Positions 31,678 through 42,654 of a stretch of DNA of 64,000 nt are shown here, in pieces. Numbering within the stretch: the stretch's first letter is position 1; each line of letters begins with the position of its first letter. The stretch lies in the NCBI RefSeq assembly GCF_056712565.1, contig NZ_CM160072.1. The stretch is one strand, 5' to 3'. A model generated the notes under the pieces. That model was given only the letters and a program-made list of their open reading frames with translations, was not told the DNA's origin and did not search any database. Both the position numbers and the translations under genes were made by a program.

Positions 31678-33174
31678 TTAATCCTCTCGGGCAAAAAGTG
31701 CCTCTATAAAGTCGTCCGCCTTAAACGGACGCAAATCCTCAATACGTTCGCCGACACCAATGTAGCGGATAGGGATACCAAACTGGTCAGCCACCGAGAA
31801 AATTACCCCGCCTTTCGCCGTGCCGTCCAGTTTCGTTAGCGTGATGCCGGTTAAGCCAACGGCTTCGTGGAACAGTTTGGCCTGGCTTACCCCATTCTGC
31901 CCGGTGCTGGCATCAATAGTCAGCATAACTTCATGCGGAGCTTCAACGTCGAGTTTCTTCATCACGCGGACGATTTTCTTCAACTCTTCCATCAGGTGCG
32001 ATTTGTTCTGCAGGCGTCCGGCGGTATCGGCAATCAGGACGTCGATGTTACGCGCTTTAGCGGCCTGAATGGCGTCGAAGATAACAGAAGCGGAATCCGC
32101 ACCGGTATGCTGGGCAATCACCGGAATATTGTTGCGCTGCCCCCAGACCTGAAGCTGTTCAACCGCTGCCGCACGGAAAGTATCGCCTGCCGCCAGCATC
32201 ACCGATTTACCCTGCTGCTCAAACTGACGCGCCAGCTTACCAATCGTCGTGGTTTTACCCACACCGTTGACGCCCACCATCAGGATCACGAACGGCGTTT
32301 TACCTTCAACATTCAGCGGCTCATCGACTTTCGCCAGAATCTCGCCCATCTCTTCTTTCAGCAGGCCATAGAGCGCCTCGGCATCACGAAGCTGCTTGCG
32401 GGATGCGCCTTCCGTCAGATTGGTGATAATTTTACGAGTGGTTTCCACGCCCACATCGGCGATCAACAGCTGTTCTTCCAGCTCTTCAAACAGATCATCG
32501 TCGATTTTTTTACCGCGGAACAGGCTGATAAATCCGGAACCGAGATTTTCTTTGGTTTTTAACAGGCTGCGTTTCAGGCGCGCGAAGAAACCTTCTTTGG
32601 TCGGTTTTTCCTGCTCCTGAGCGATTTCTTCCACCGGCTGCTCTTCTTCTGCCGGAGAAACCACCATTACCGCCTCTTCTGCCACTTCGGCAGCCAGCGC
32701 CTGTGCCTCCGGCTCTTCGTCGGTGATTTCTTCTTTAGCCGCTTCTTCTTCCGCCGCTTCGACAATCTCTACGGTTTCCGCTTCGGCCTGCCACTCTTCT
32801 GGCGAAACCGCTTCGGCGTTGACGTCTTCCGGCAACGGCAGTTCTTCACGTTCGATAGCCACTGGCTCCGGCGTTTCTTCTACGACCGATTCCGGCTGTG
32901 CAACGACTTCCGCTTCAGGCTGCGCTTTTTCACTTTCAGCAACCTGTTCAGTAACTTCCACAACGTTGGCAGCAAAAGTTCCCGCCTCGGCTTCAGTATG
33001 CGCCTGCGGCTGCTCTTCAACGGCGTGTTCAGAAGCCTTCACAGGCTCTTGCGCCTGAACGATTTCTTCTACAACTGGTTGTTCATTCTGAACTTCTGTC
33101 TCTTTTTCCGGGGTCTGCTCTTTTTGACCAAAGCCCAGCCAGGAAAAAAAGCCACGTTTTTTTTCTTTCGCCAT
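31678..33174 (-). CDS. ftsY: Signal recognition particle receptor
   Basis: 498 aa; acidic repetitive N-terminal domain plus C-terminal SRP GTPase domain (GVNGVGKTTT, DTAGR). Confidence 0.95.
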   Translation of the reverse strand: MAKEKKRGFFSWLGFGQKEQTPEKETEVQNEQPVVEEIVQAQEPVKASEHAVEEQPQAHTEAEAGTFAANVVEVTEQVAESEKAQPEAEVVAQPESVVEETPEPVAIEREELPLPEDVNAEAVSPEEWQAEAETVEIVEAAEEEAAKEEITDEEPEAQALAAEVAEEAVMVVSPAEEEQPVEEIAQEQEKPTKEGFFARLKRSLLKTKENLGSGFISLFRGKKIDDDLFEELEEQLLIADVGVETTRKIITNLTEGASRKQLRDAEALYGLLKEEMGEILAKVDEPLNVEGKTPFVILMVGVNGVGKTTTIGKLARQFEQQGKSVMLAAGDTFRAAAVEQLQVWGQRNNIPVIAQHTGADSASVIFDAIQAAKARNIDVLIADTAGRLQNKSHLMEELKKIVRVMKKLDVEAPHEVMLTIDASTGQNGVSQAKLFHEAVGLTGITLTKLDGTAKGGVIFSVADQFGIPIRYIGVGERIEDLRPFKADDFIEALFARED

Positions 33175-33323
33175 TTGCGACTACACTCCTCGCTGTTGCT
33201 TCATGGCACAGCGTTAACGCTATGTACATAGCAGCTAAAAAAATGATGAAATAGTCTATCACTTAACTTAATTCACATCACCGCCTGCAAGTATGTGTTA
33301 TCTGGCGGATTGAGCAATTTATC

Positions 33324-33920
33324 ATGAAAAAACCGAATCATTCCGGCAGCGGCCAAATCCGCATTATTGGCGGGCAGTGGCGAGGCCGTAAACTCCCGGT
33401 TCCTGATAGTCCAGGTCTGCGCCCCACCACCGACCGCGTACGCGAAACGTTGTTTAACTGGCTGGCTCCGGTCATTGTTGACGCCCAATGTCTGGATTGC
33501 TTCGCCGGGAGCGGCGCGCTGGGGCTGGAAGCGTTATCGCGCTACGCTGCGGGGGCCACGTTGATTGAGATGGATCGTGCGGTTTCTCAGCAGTTAATTA
33601 AGAATCTGGCGACACTAAAAGCAGGCAATGCACGCGTGGTGAACAGCAACGCGATGTCATTCCTGGCGCAAAAAGGCACACCGCATAATATCGTGTTTGT
33701 CGATCCACCGTTCCGCCGTGGCTTGTTAGAAGAGACGATAAATTTACTGGAAGATAACGGCTGGCTGGCTGACGAAGCCCTGATTTATGTCGAAAGCGAA
33801 GTCGAAAACGGTCTGCCCACTGTTCCGGCAAACTGGTCATTACATCGGGAAAAAGTGGCGGGTCAGGTGGCTTATCGGCTGTATCAACGCGAAGCACAAG
33901 GAGAAAGTGATGCTGATTAA
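33324..33920 (+). CDS. rsmD: 16S rRNA m2G966 methyltransferase
   Basis: 198 aa; SAM-methyltransferase motifs (LDCFAGSGALGLEA, VFVDPPF). Confidence 0.9.
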   Translation: MKKPNHSGSGQIRIIGGQWRGRKLPVPDSPGLRPTTDRVRETLFNWLAPVIVDAQCLDCFAGSGALGLEALSRYAAGATLIEMDRAVSQQLIKNLATLKAGNARVVNSNAMSFLAQKGTPHNIVFVDPPFRRGLLEETINLLEDNGWLADEALIYVESEVENGLPTVPANWSLHREKVAGQVAYRLYQREAQGESDAD

Positions 33921-34179
33921 TATTGGTCGTTTGTTAATGCTCTGTGTTTGGGGATTTTTAATCCTCAACCTGGTGCATCCCTTCCCACGCCCGCTGAATA
34001 TTTTCGTTAACGTGGCGCTGATTTTTACCGTGCTGATGCATGGTATGCAGCTGGCGCTATTGAAATCCACTTTACCGAAAGATGGCCCGCAGATGACCAC
34101 CGCCGAAAAGGTGCGGATTTTCCTTTTCGGCGTGTTTGAACTGCTGGTCTGGCAGAAGAAATTTAAAGTTAAAAAATAA
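33910..34179 (+). CDS. yhhL: Small inner membrane protein (DUF1145)
   Basis: Internal ATG gives 89 aa beginning MLINIGRLLML, overlapping the rsmD stop by 11 nt. The ORF track start at 33787 lies inside rsmD. Confidence 0.75.
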   Translation: MLINIGRLLMLCVWGFLILNLVHPFPRPLNIFVNVALIFTVLMHGMQLALLKSTLPKDGPQMTTAEKVRIFLFGVFELLVWQKKFKVKK

Positions 34180-34181
34180 CC

Positions 34182-34541
34182 TTATTGTTCGCCTACAAAG
34201 CTGACAAAGCGCGTTCCTTTATAGCTCAGCGTACCTTTATCACCCACTGTCAGGGCGTGGTACTGCTGGGCGTCGAGGCGAAACGTCTGCTCCATTCCTC
34301 CGCTTTGCGGTTTGAAGCTTGCCTCATAGCGCATACTGGTGCCTGCCGGAGTCACTTCCTGCTGGCGCGAACGGCGATCGTTAATCGGTTTTTCCCGCTT
34401 GTTGCTCACCACCACCAGCTTTTGCTGGAGCGGTGCCATATCATTATCAGCTTTTTCCCGTCGTTGTTGCATAAAACGAAACGATGCGGCGACGATGATT
34501 AAGCCAATGATAACAATAAAGAAAAGAGGTGGTTTACTCAT
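34182..34541 (-). CDS. yhhM: Membrane-anchored DUF2500 protein
   Basis: 119 aa with one N-terminal TM segment; matches YhhM. Confidence 0.8.
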   Translation of the reverse strand: MSKPPLFFIVIIGLIIVAASFRFMQQRREKADNDMAPLQQKLVVVSNKREKPINDRRSRQQEVTPAGTSMRYEASFKPQSGGMEQTFRLDAQQYHALTVGDKGTLSYKGTRFVSFVGEQ

Positions 34542-34681
34542 CTTTATCCCTCATCGGAAAATGCGGAAATAAGCATACCCTGCCAGTTATGGTGTTGTCA
34601 TCCGTCCACCCTCGCCACTAAACTGGAAGCAAGACCGTAGGCATTCCGCTTACGAAAAAATAACGAATTCAAGGAACTAAG

Positions 34682-35308
34682 ATGCTTTGGTCGTTTATCG
34701 CTGTCTGTCTTTCCGCATGGCTATCTGTGGATGCATCGTATCGTGGGCCAACCTGGCAACGCTGGGTGTTTAAACCGTTAACCCTTCTTCTCCTGCTGTT
34801 GCTGGCCTGGCAAGCGCCGATGTTCGACGCCATTAGCTATCTGGTGCTGGCGGGGCTGTGTGCCTCACTGCTGGGCGATACGCTAACCCTGTTGCCACGT
34901 CAACGTCTGATGTACGCCATCGGCGCGTTTTTCCTCTCGCACCTGCTGTACACCATCTATTTCGCCAGTCAGATGACGCTCTCCTTCTTCTGGCCTCTGC
35001 CGTTGGTGCTGCTGGTTCTGGGCGCGCTGTTACTGGCGATTATCTGGACGCGTCTGGAAGAGTATCGTTGGCCTATCTGCACGTTTATCGGCATGACGCT
35101 GGTGATGGTGTGGCTGGCAGGTGAACTGTGGTTCTTCCGTCCGACCGCTCCGGCGCTCTCTGCGTTTGTCGGCGCTTCGTTGCTGTTTATCAGTAACTTT
35201 GTCTGGCTGGGTAGTCACTATCGCCGACGCTTCCGTGCGGATAACGCCATTGCCGCGGCCTGCTACTTTGCTGGTCACTTCCTCATCGTCCGCTCGCTGT
35301 ATCTCTGA
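34682..35308 (+). CDS. yhhN: YhhN-family (TMEM86-like) integral membrane protein
   Basis: 208-aa polytopic membrane ORF; matches YhhN. Confidence 0.85.
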   Translation: MLWSFIAVCLSAWLSVDASYRGPTWQRWVFKPLTLLLLLLLAWQAPMFDAISYLVLAGLCASLLGDTLTLLPRQRLMYAIGAFFLSHLLYTIYFASQMTLSFFWPLPLVLLVLGALLLAIIWTRLEEYRWPICTFIGMTLVMVWLAGELWFFRPTAPALSAFVGASLLFISNFVWLGSHYRRRFRADNAIAAACYFAGHFLIVRSLYL

Positions 35309-35314
35309 TAAAAC

Positions 35315-35346
35315 TTGACTCTGGAGTCGACTCCAGAGTGTATCCT
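35315..35346 (+). promoter_or_regulatory. zntA promoter with ZntR (MerR-family) operator: -35 TTGACT, 22-bp perfect palindrome, 20-bp spacer
   Basis: Perfect palindrome actctggagtcgactccagagt at 35318-35339 between ttgact (35315-35320) and tatcct (35341-35346); a long-spacer promoter architecture typical of MerR-type regulation. Confidence 0.65.
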
Positions 35347-35381
35347 TCGGTTAATGAGAAAAAACTTAACCGGAGGATGCC

Positions 35382-37580
35382 ATGTCGACTCCTGACAATC
35401 ACGGCAAGAAAGCCCCTCAATTTGCTGCGTTCAAACCGCTAACTACGGTACAGAACACCAACGACTGTTGCTGCGACGGCGCATGTTCCAGCACGCCAAC
35501 TCTCTCTGAAAACGTCTCCGGCACCCGCTATAGCTGGAAAGTCAGCGGTATGGACTGCGCCGCCTGTGCGCGCAAAGTGGAAAATGCCGTGCGCCAGCTT
35601 GCAGGCGTGAATCAGGTACAGGTGTTGTTCGCCACCGAAAAACTGGTGGTGGATGCCGACAATGACATCCGGGCACAAGTTGAATCTGCGGTGCAAAAAG
35701 CGGGCTATTCCCTGCGCGATGAACAGGCCTCCGACGAACCACAAGAATCACGCCTGAAAGAGAATCTGCCGCTGATTACGCTTATCGTGATGATGGCAAT
35801 CAGTTGGGGGCTGGAGCAGTTCAATCATCCGTTTGGTCAACTGGCGTTTATCGCGACCACGCTGGTTGGGCTGTACCCAATTGCTCGTCAGGCATTACGG
35901 CTGATCAAATCTGGCAGCTACTTCGCCATTGAAACCTTAATGAGCATAGCCGCTATTGGTGCACTGTTTATTGGCGCAACGGCTGAAGCTGCGATGGTGT
36001 TGCTGCTGTTTTTGATTGGTGAACGACTGGAAGGCTGGGCCGCCAGCCGCGCGCGTCAGGGCGTTAGCGCGTTAATGGCGCTGAAACCAGAAACCGCCAC
36101 GCGCCTGCGTAACGGTGAGCGTGAAGAGGTGGCGATTAACAGCCTGCGCCCTGGCGATGTGATTGAAGTCGCCGCAGGTGGACGTTTGCCTGCCGACGGT
36201 AAACTGCTCTCACCGTTTGCCAGTTTTGATGAAAGCGCCCTGACCGGCGAATCCATTCCGGTGGAGCGCGCAACGGGCGATAAAGTCCCTGCTGGTGCCA
36301 CCAGCGTAGACCGTCTGGTAACGCTGGAAGTGCTGTCAGAACCGGGTGCCAGCGCCATTGACCGGATTCTGAAACTGATCGAAGAAGCCGAAGAGCGTCG
36401 CGCACCCATTGAGCGGTTTATCGACCGTTTCAGCCGTATCTATACGCCCGCGATTATGGCCGTCGCTCTGCTGGTGACGCTGGTGCCACCACTGCTGTTT
36501 GCCGCCAGCTGGCAGGAGTGGATTTATAAAGGGCTGACGCTGCTGCTGATTGGCTGCCCGTGTGCGTTAGTTATCTCCACGCCCGCGGCGATTACCTCCG
36601 GGCTGGCGGCAGCAGCGCGTCGTGGGGCGTTGATTAAAGGCGGCGCGGCGCTGGAGCAGCTGGGTCGTGTTACCCAGGTGGCGTTTGATAAAACCGGTAC
36701 GCTGACCGTCGGTAAACCGCGCGTTACCGCGATTCATCCGGCAACGGGTATTAGTGAATCTGAACTGCTGACACTGGCGGCGGCGGTCGAGCAAGGCGCG
36801 ACGCATCCACTGGCACAGGCCATTGTGCGCGAAGCACAGGTTGCTGAACTCGCCATTCCCACCGCCCAATCACAGCGGGCGCTGGTCGGGTCTGGCATTG
36901 AAGCGCAGGTTAACGGTGAGCGCGTGTTGATATGCGCTGCCGGAAAACATCCTGCTGATGCATTTGCTGGTTTGATTAATGAACTGGAAAGCGCCGGGCA
37001 AACGGTAGTGCTGGTAGTACGTAATGATGACGTGCTGGGTGTCATTGCGTTGCAGGATACCTTGCGCGCCGATGCTGCAACTGCTATCAGTGAACTGAAC
37101 GCGCTGGGTGTCAAAGGGGTGATCCTCACCGGCGATAATCCACGCGCAGCAGCGGCAATCGCCGGGGAACTGGGGCTGGAATTTAAAGCGGGCCTCTTGC
37201 CGGAAGATAAAGTTAAAGCGGTGACCGAGCTGAATCAACATGCGCCGCTGGCGATGGTCGGCGACGGTATTAACGACGCGCCAGCGATGAAAGCTGCCGC
37301 CATCGGGATTGCAATGGGCAGTGGCACGGACGTGGCCCTGGAAACCGCAGATGCAGCATTAACCCATAACCACCTGCGCGGCCTGGTGCAAATGATTGAA
37401 CTGGCACGCGCCACTCACGCCAATATCCGCCAGAACATCACCATTGCGCTGGGGCTGAAAGGCGTTTTCCTCGTCACCACGCTGTTAGGGATGACCGGAC
37501 TATGGCTGGCAGTGCTGGCAGATACGGGTGCGACGGTGCTGGTGACGGCGAATGCGTTACGGTTATTGCGCAGGAAATAA
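35382..37580 (+). CDS. zntA: Zn/Cd/Pb-exporting P1B-type ATPase
   Basis: 732 aa; N-terminal metal-binding GMDCAACARKVE, membrane CPC motif, DKTGTLT phosphorylation site, GDGINDAPA. Confidence 0.95.
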   Translation: MSTPDNHGKKAPQFAAFKPLTTVQNTNDCCCDGACSSTPTLSENVSGTRYSWKVSGMDCAACARKVENAVRQLAGVNQVQVLFATEKLVVDADNDIRAQVESAVQKAGYSLRDEQASDEPQESRLKENLPLITLIVMMAISWGLEQFNHPFGQLAFIATTLVGLYPIARQALRLIKSGSYFAIETLMSIAAIGALFIGATAEAAMVLLLFLIGERLEGWAASRARQGVSALMALKPETATRLRNGEREEVAINSLRPGDVIEVAAGGRLPADGKLLSPFASFDESALTGESIPVERATGDKVPAGATSVDRLVTLEVLSEPGASAIDRILKLIEEAEERRAPIERFIDRFSRIYTPAIMAVALLVTLVPPLLFAASWQEWIYKGLTLLLIGCPCALVISTPAAITSGLAAAARRGALIKGGAALEQLGRVTQVAFDKTGTLTVGKPRVTAIHPATGISESELLTLAAAVEQGATHPLAQAIVREAQVAELAIPTAQSQRALVGSGIEAQVNGERVLICAAGKHPADAFAGLINELESAGQTVVLVVRNDDVLGVIALQDTLRADAATAISELNALGVKGVILTGDNPRAAAAIAGELGLEFKAGLLPEDKVKAVTELNQHAPLAMVGDGINDAPAMKAAAIGIAMGSGTDVALETADAALTHNHLRGLVQMIELARATHANIRQNITIALGLKGVFLVTTLLGMTGLWLAVLADTGATVLVTANALRLLRRK

Positions 37581-37606
37581 AGAGGCTATCAGTCTACGGT
37601 CCAACA

Positions 37607-37745
37607 ATGCCGGATGCGGCGTGAACACCTTATCCGGCCTACACAGAGCATCGAACTCGTAGGCATGATAAGACGCGACAGCGTCGCATCAGGCATTGTG
37701 CACCGTATCGCCAGATGCAGCTTGAACGCCTTATCCGGCCTACAA
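37607..37745. repeat. REP/BIME cluster between zntA and tusA
   Basis: Three REP-like units (gccggatgcggcgtgaacaccttatccggcctaca; aggcatgataagacgcgacagcgtcgcatcaggca; cgccttatccggcctaca). Confidence 0.8.
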
Positions 37746-37848
37746 ACCGGTTTCAAGCAGCAACATTGAGCGCGATCGGTCCCCTCGCTCCTCTGGGGAG
37801 AGGGTTAGGGTGAGGGCAAAAGGCGGCATCGAAGCCAATCTTCCCCCA

Positions 37849-38094
37849 TCAACCGCCTTTACGAATCAAATAACGATAAGGCAGTCCATCGGTCTCTTTC
37901 GCAACCAGTTCGTGTTCCATAAAGGTACAAAACCCAGGAATATCGCGTGTCGTCGCCGGATCGTCAGCAATAATCAGCAACGTTTCACCTGGCTGCATAT
38001 TGCGCACAGTTTTGCGCACCATCATTACTGGTTCCGGGCAGCGCAGGCCAAGCGCGTCGAGTGTGTGGTCAGGGCTGGAAAAGAGATCGGTCAT
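37849..38094 (-). CDS. tusA: Sulfur carrier protein for tRNA 2-thiouridine synthesis
   Basis: 81 aa; CPxP motif (LRCPEPV); matches TusA. Confidence 0.9.
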
Positions 38095-38314
38095 TTTCTT
38101 CTCATCACATAAAAAAACGGCGCTAGTTTACGCCCTGTGAGTCCGTAAGCAAACCAGGTTAACGATTGCGTGAAAATTAACCATTGCATTGTCAACGTAA
38201 AGCAGTATCATGCGGCGGCTCGAAAAAAGGGTCAGCACGTTATTATGTTAAGGTAACAGACGTGTCGTACGTATTGGGTTCCCTCACCCCAATGGTTAAT
38301 CAAAAAGGTACAAT

Positions 38315-38980
38315 ATGAACGTTTTCTCGCAAACGCAACGCTATAAGGCGTTGTTCTGGTTATCGTTATTTCATCTTCTGGTGATCACCTCCAGTAACTA
38401 TCTGGTTCAGCTTCCGGTCTCCATTTTTGGTTTTCATACCACCTGGGGCGCGTTTAGCTTTCCGTTTATCTTTCTCGCTACTGACCTGACCGTGCGTATT
38501 TTTGGCGCGCCGCTGGCTCGTCGCATCATCTTTGCGGTAATGATCCCCGCATTGCTGATCTCCTACGTCATCTCATCGCTGTTTTATATGGGGTCATGGC
38601 AAGGATTCGGCGCGCTCGCCCACTTCAACCTGTTTGTCGCCCGTATCGCCACCGCCAGTTTCATGGCCTACGCGCTGGGGCAGATCCTCGACGTGCACGT
38701 TTTTAACCGCCTGCGTCAGAGTCGTCACTGGTGGCTGGCACCGACAGCGTCCACACTGTTCGGTAACGTCAGCGACACGCTGGCCTTCTTCTTCATTGCC
38801 TTCTGGCGTAGCCCGGATGCCTTTATGGCTGAACACTGGATGGAAATCGCGCTGGTCGATTACTGTTTCAAAGTGTTAATCAGTATCGTTTTCTTCCTGC
38901 CAATGTATGGCGTACTACTCAATATGCTGTTGAAAAGACTGGCAGATAAATCCGAAATCAACGCTTTGCAGGCGAGTTAA
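38315..38980 (+). CDS. yhhQ: Queuosine precursor transporter (DUF165)
   Basis: 221-aa membrane ORF; matches YhhQ. Confidence 0.85.
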   Translation: MNVFSQTQRYKALFWLSLFHLLVITSSNYLVQLPVSIFGFHTTWGAFSFPFIFLATDLTVRIFGAPLARRIIFAVMIPALLISYVISSLFYMGSWQGFGALAHFNLFVARIATASFMAYALGQILDVHVFNRLRQSRHWWLAPTASTLFGNVSDTLAFFFIAFWRSPDAFMAEHWMEIALVDYCFKVLISIVFFLPMYGVLLNMLLKRLADKSEINALQAS

Positions 38981-39052
38981 AGGTTCGTTATCAGAGTTGT
39001 GATAAGATGGATGAATGAGCCGTTATGGCCGTTTATCGAAAGGAAGAAGTCA

Positions 39053-39610
39053 ATGCGCAATCTGGTTAAATATGTCGGAATTGGCCTGCTGGTTATGGGG
39101 CTTGCGGCCTGTGATGATAAAGACACTAACGCTACGGCGCAGGGTTCGGTCGCAGAAAGTAACGCGACCGGGAATCCCGTCAACCTGCTTGATGGCAAGT
39201 TAAGTTTCTCGCTGCCAGCGGATATGACCGACCAGAGCGGTAAGCTGGGAACGCAGGCCAATAACATGCATGTCTGGTCCGACGCCACCGGGCAGAAAGC
39301 AGTCATCGTCATCATGGGCGATGATCCGAAAGAAGATCTGGCGGTGCTGGCGAAGCGTCTGGAAGATCAGCAACGTAGCCGCGATCCGCAGCTGCAAGTG
39401 GTAACCAATAAAGCCATTGAGCTGAAAGGTCACAAAATGCAGCAGTTAGACAGCATTATCTCCGCGAAAGGCCAGACGGCGTACTCTTCCGTTATTCTGG
39501 GTAACGTGGGTAATCAACTGCTAACCATGCAAATTACGCTGCCCGCTGACAATCAGCAAAAAGCACAGACCACCGCAGAAAACATCATTAATACGCTGGT
39601 TATTCAGTAA
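39053..39610 (+). CDS. dcrB: Periplasmic lipoprotein DcrB
   Basis: Native start [20 protein letters not shown] (lipobox) gives 185 aa. The ORF track start at 38999 is an extension. Confidence 0.85.
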   Translation: MRNLVKYVGIGLLVMGLAACDDKDTNATAQGSVAESNATGNPVNLLDGKLSFSLPADMTDQSGKLGTQANNMHVWSDATGQKAVIVIMGDDPKEDLAVLAKRLEDQQRSRDPQLQVVTNKAIELKGHKMQQLDSIISAKGQTAYSSVILGNVGNQLLTMQITLPADNQQKAQTTAENIINTLVIQ

Positions 39611-39613
39611 GTT

Positions 39614-40831
39614 TTAAGATGATGAGGCGGCCTCAGGTATTTCCACCGGGGGCCGTTTTTTTAATCGCCACGTCAGTAATAACGCGATTGCAACCAGTCC
39701 CGCCGCCGCCAGATAAATCACCGGAACGCCCGCCCAACTCATCACCAGCCCAGCCAGTGGTCCGGTCACGCCAAGCGATAAATCCATAAATACGGTGTAA
39801 GTTGCCAGCGCCGCCCCCTGATTTTGCTGCGGAACCGCTTTTACCGCCACTACGCCCAATGCAGGGAACACCAGCGAAAACCCCGCCCCCGCCAGTAAGA
39901 CGCCGATTTTCGCCATCCACGGCATAGTCGCCACGCCAACCAGTAGCAGGCCGATTATCTCAACGCTAAAGCAAATCATCGCCACGTTTAAGCCGCCGAT
40001 ACGGTTAATGCCGTTAGGGAATAACAAACGCGTACCGACAAACGCACAGCTAAACAGCGTCAGCGCGAAAGCCGCACCGTCCCAACCTTTAGCGTCATAA
40101 AACAGCGTGATAAAGGTGGCGATAACGCCAAATCCGGCGGAAGCCAGTGCCAGCGCCATACCGTACAGCCAGACGCGCCCAAGCACCGCACGAAACGGCA
40201 GCGGTTTGCCTTTACTGGCTTTTACCGTCGGACGCGGGATCGCCAACAAAATGGCTACCAGTGCCACGCCCATAATGATTAACGCTAACGCCTGCAATCC
40301 GCCCCAGTGATAAAACACGACACCTAACGGCGCACCCATCGCCATCGCCCCGTAAGTGACAATACCGTTCCACGAAATCACCCGCCCGATATGTAGCGAA
40401 CCAACCACGCCAACGCCCCACAGGGTCGATCCCGTTCCGGCAAAACTTTGTCCAATCCCAAGGATTACGCGCCCCAGGCACAGTAATAACAGGCTGATGA
40501 CGGGCAGACTGGCGGTTAATCCTGCCGTCAGATATCCCAGACCGCTCAAAAAGCAGCCGCATAAACCGAAGACGACAATCTTTTTGGGTCCCAGCAAATC
40601 GGCGTAACGTCCGGCATGAGGACGGCTCAGCAAGGTGGCGAAATATTGCAGGCTGATAACCAATCCTGCCCAGAAAGCACTAAATCCCATTACATCATGG
40701 ACATAGCCCGGTAATACAGCGAGCGGCAACCCGATGGTGAGGTAGCTGGCGAAGTTAAACATGACAATGGAGACAATGCGCAAATTCAGGCGCAATCCGT
40801 TTAGCGCGGGTTCGGCTACGGGTTCGGGCAT
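39614..40831 (-). CDS. yhhS: MFS transporter
   Basis: Native start MPEPVAEPALNG gives 405 aa; 12-TM MFS-like. Confidence 0.85.
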   Translation of the reverse strand: MPEPVAEPALNGLRLNLRIVSIVMFNFASYLTIGLPLAVLPGYVHDVMGFSAFWAGLVISLQYFATLLSRPHAGRYADLLGPKKIVVFGLCGCFLSGLGYLTAGLTASLPVISLLLLCLGRVILGIGQSFAGTGSTLWGVGVVGSLHIGRVISWNGIVTYGAMAMGAPLGVVFYHWGGLQALALIIMGVALVAILLAIPRPTVKASKGKPLPFRAVLGRVWLYGMALALASAGFGVIATFITLFYDAKGWDGAAFALTLFSCAFVGTRLLFPNGINRIGGLNVAMICFSVEIIGLLLVGVATMPWMAKIGVLLAGAGFSLVFPALGVVAVKAVPQQNQGAALATYTVFMDLSLGVTGPLAGLVMSWAGVPVIYLAAAGLVAIALLLTWRLKKRPPVEIPEAASSS

Positions 40832-40962
40832 GAGGATCACCACATTTTTACAACAGTGTTTCATTTTTACCATGTGCTGACGTGAAAAACAGCAGTAAGA
40901 ATCAGAATATTGCTGGCGTGACTCCCGCTACACTTAATACAAAAAGTCACAAGGAAGCCCCA

Positions 40963-42012
40963 ATGGAAACCCCTCAACCCGATAAAACGGGCATGCACAT
41001 TCTGCTCAAGTTGGCCTCGCTGGTAGTGATCCTCGCGGGCATTCACGCAGCGGCAGATATCATTGTGCAGCTATTACTGGCGCTGTTTTTTGCCATCGTT
41101 CTCAACCCGCTCGTCACCTGGTTTATTCGTCGGGGGGTACAACGCCCCGTTGCCATTACGATTGTGGTTGTGGTGATGCTGATCGCACTCACCGCGCTGG
41201 TCGGCGTACTGGCGGCATCGTTTAACGAATTTATCTCTATGCTGCCGAGGTTTAATAAGGAGCTGACGCGCAAACTTTTTAAATTGCAGGAGATGTTGCC
41301 TTTTCTTAATTTGCATATGTCGCCGGAGCGAATACTACAGCGGATGGACTCGGAAAAAGTGGTTACCTTCACCACGGCGCTAATGACCGGGCTTTCCGGG
41401 GCAATGGCGAGCGTGCTTTTGCTGGTGATGACCGTAGTTTTTATGCTGTTTGAAGTGCGCCACGTCCCTTACAAAATGCGTTTCGCGTTGAATAATCCAC
41501 AGATTCACATCGCCGGACTACACCGCGCACTTAAAGGCGTTTCGCATTATCTGGCGTTAAAGACGCTACTCAGTTTATGGACAGGCATAATCGTCTGGCT
41601 GGGGCTGGAGCTGATGGGGGTGCAGTTTGCGCTGATGTGGGCAGTACTGGCGTTTTTGCTCAACTACGTGCCCAATATCGGTGCGGTAATTTCCGCCGTA
41701 CCGCCAATGATTCAGGTGCTGCTGTTTAATGGTATTTACGAATGTATTCTGGTCGGCGCATTGTTTTTAGTGGTCCATATGGTCATCGGCAATATTTTAG
41801 AACCACGGATGATGGGCCATCGCCTGGGGATGTCCACCATGGTGGTATTTCTTTCATTGTTAATTTGGGGATGGCTGCTCGGCCCGGTAGGGATGCTACT
41901 TTCGGTGCCATTAACCAGCGTGTGTAAAATCTGGATGGAAACCACCAAAGGCGGCAGCAAACTGGCGATTCTACTGGGGCCAGGCAGACCGAAAAGTCGG
42001 TTACCGGGATGA
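40963..42012 (+). CDS. yhhT: AI-2E/PerM-family membrane transporter
   Basis: Native start METPQPDKTG gives 349 aa. The ORF track start at 40882 is an extension. Confidence 0.8.
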   Translation: METPQPDKTGMHILLKLASLVVILAGIHAAADIIVQLLLALFFAIVLNPLVTWFIRRGVQRPVAITIVVVVMLIALTALVGVLAASFNEFISMLPRFNKELTRKLFKLQEMLPFLNLHMSPERILQRMDSEKVVTFTTALMTGLSGAMASVLLLVMTVVFMLFEVRHVPYKMRFALNNPQIHIAGLHRALKGVSHYLALKTLLSLWTGIIVWLGLELMGVQFALMWAVLAFLLNYVPNIGAVISAVPPMIQVLLFNGIYECILVGALFLVVHMVIGNILEPRMMGHRLGMSTMVVFLSLLIWGWLLGPVGMLLSVPLTSVCKIWMETTKGGSKLAILLGPGRPKSRLPG

Positions 42013-42066
42013 GGCGACAAGTGTTACGATACGCACTTTCATTTTCCATTAAACGTTGGCCCTGAT

Positions 42067-42654
42067 ATGTATCGGATAGTTCTGGGGAAAGTTTCGACCT
42101 TAAGCGCAGCTCCTCTGCCACCGGGTTTACGCGAGCAAGCACCGCAAGGTCCACGACGTGAACGCTGGCTGGCGGGGCGTGCATTGCTTTCGCACACGCT
42201 TTCCCCGCTACCGGAGATCATCTATGGCGAACAAGGCAAACCTGCATTCGCGCCGGAAACGCCGCTATGGTTCAACTTAAGCCATAGCGGTGACGATATC
42301 GCCCTGCTGTTGAGCGATGAAGGCGAAGTCGGCTGCGATATCGAAGTGATTCGCCCGCGCGCCAACTGGCGCTGGCTGGCGAACGCCGTATTCAGCCTTG
42401 GGGAACATGCCGAGATGGACGCCGTGCATCCTGATCAGCAACTGGAAATGTTCTGGCGCATCTGGACGCGCAAAGAAGCCATCGTTAAACAGCGTGGCGG
42501 CAGCGCCTGGCAAATCGTCAGCGTAGACAGCACCTATAACTCCTCGCTGTCAGTCAGCCATTGTCAGCTAGAAAATTTAAGCCTGGCGATCTGCACCCCT
42601 ACCCCCTTTACGCTCACCGCCGACAGTGTGCAATGGATCGATTCAGTTAACTGA
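42067..42654 (+). CDS. acpT: 4'-phosphopantetheinyl transferase
   Basis: 195 aa; translation matches AcpT. Confidence 0.85.
   Translation: MYRIVLGKVSTLSAAPLPPGLREQAPQGPRRERWLAGRALLSHTLSPLPEIIYGEQGKPAFAPETPLWFNLSHSGDDIALLLSDEGEVGCDIEVIRPRANWRWLANAVFSLGEHAEMDAVHPDQQLEMFWRIWTRKEAIVKQRGGSAWQIVSVDSTYNSSLSVSHCQLENLSLAICTPTPFTLTADSVQWIDSVN

Noticed and set aside
33787-33909. N-terminal extension of yhhL to the ATG at 33787 (130 aa)
   Set aside because: The extension lies wholly inside rsmD in another frame; the internal ATG at 33910 gives the membrane protein with the expected hydrophobic N-terminus.
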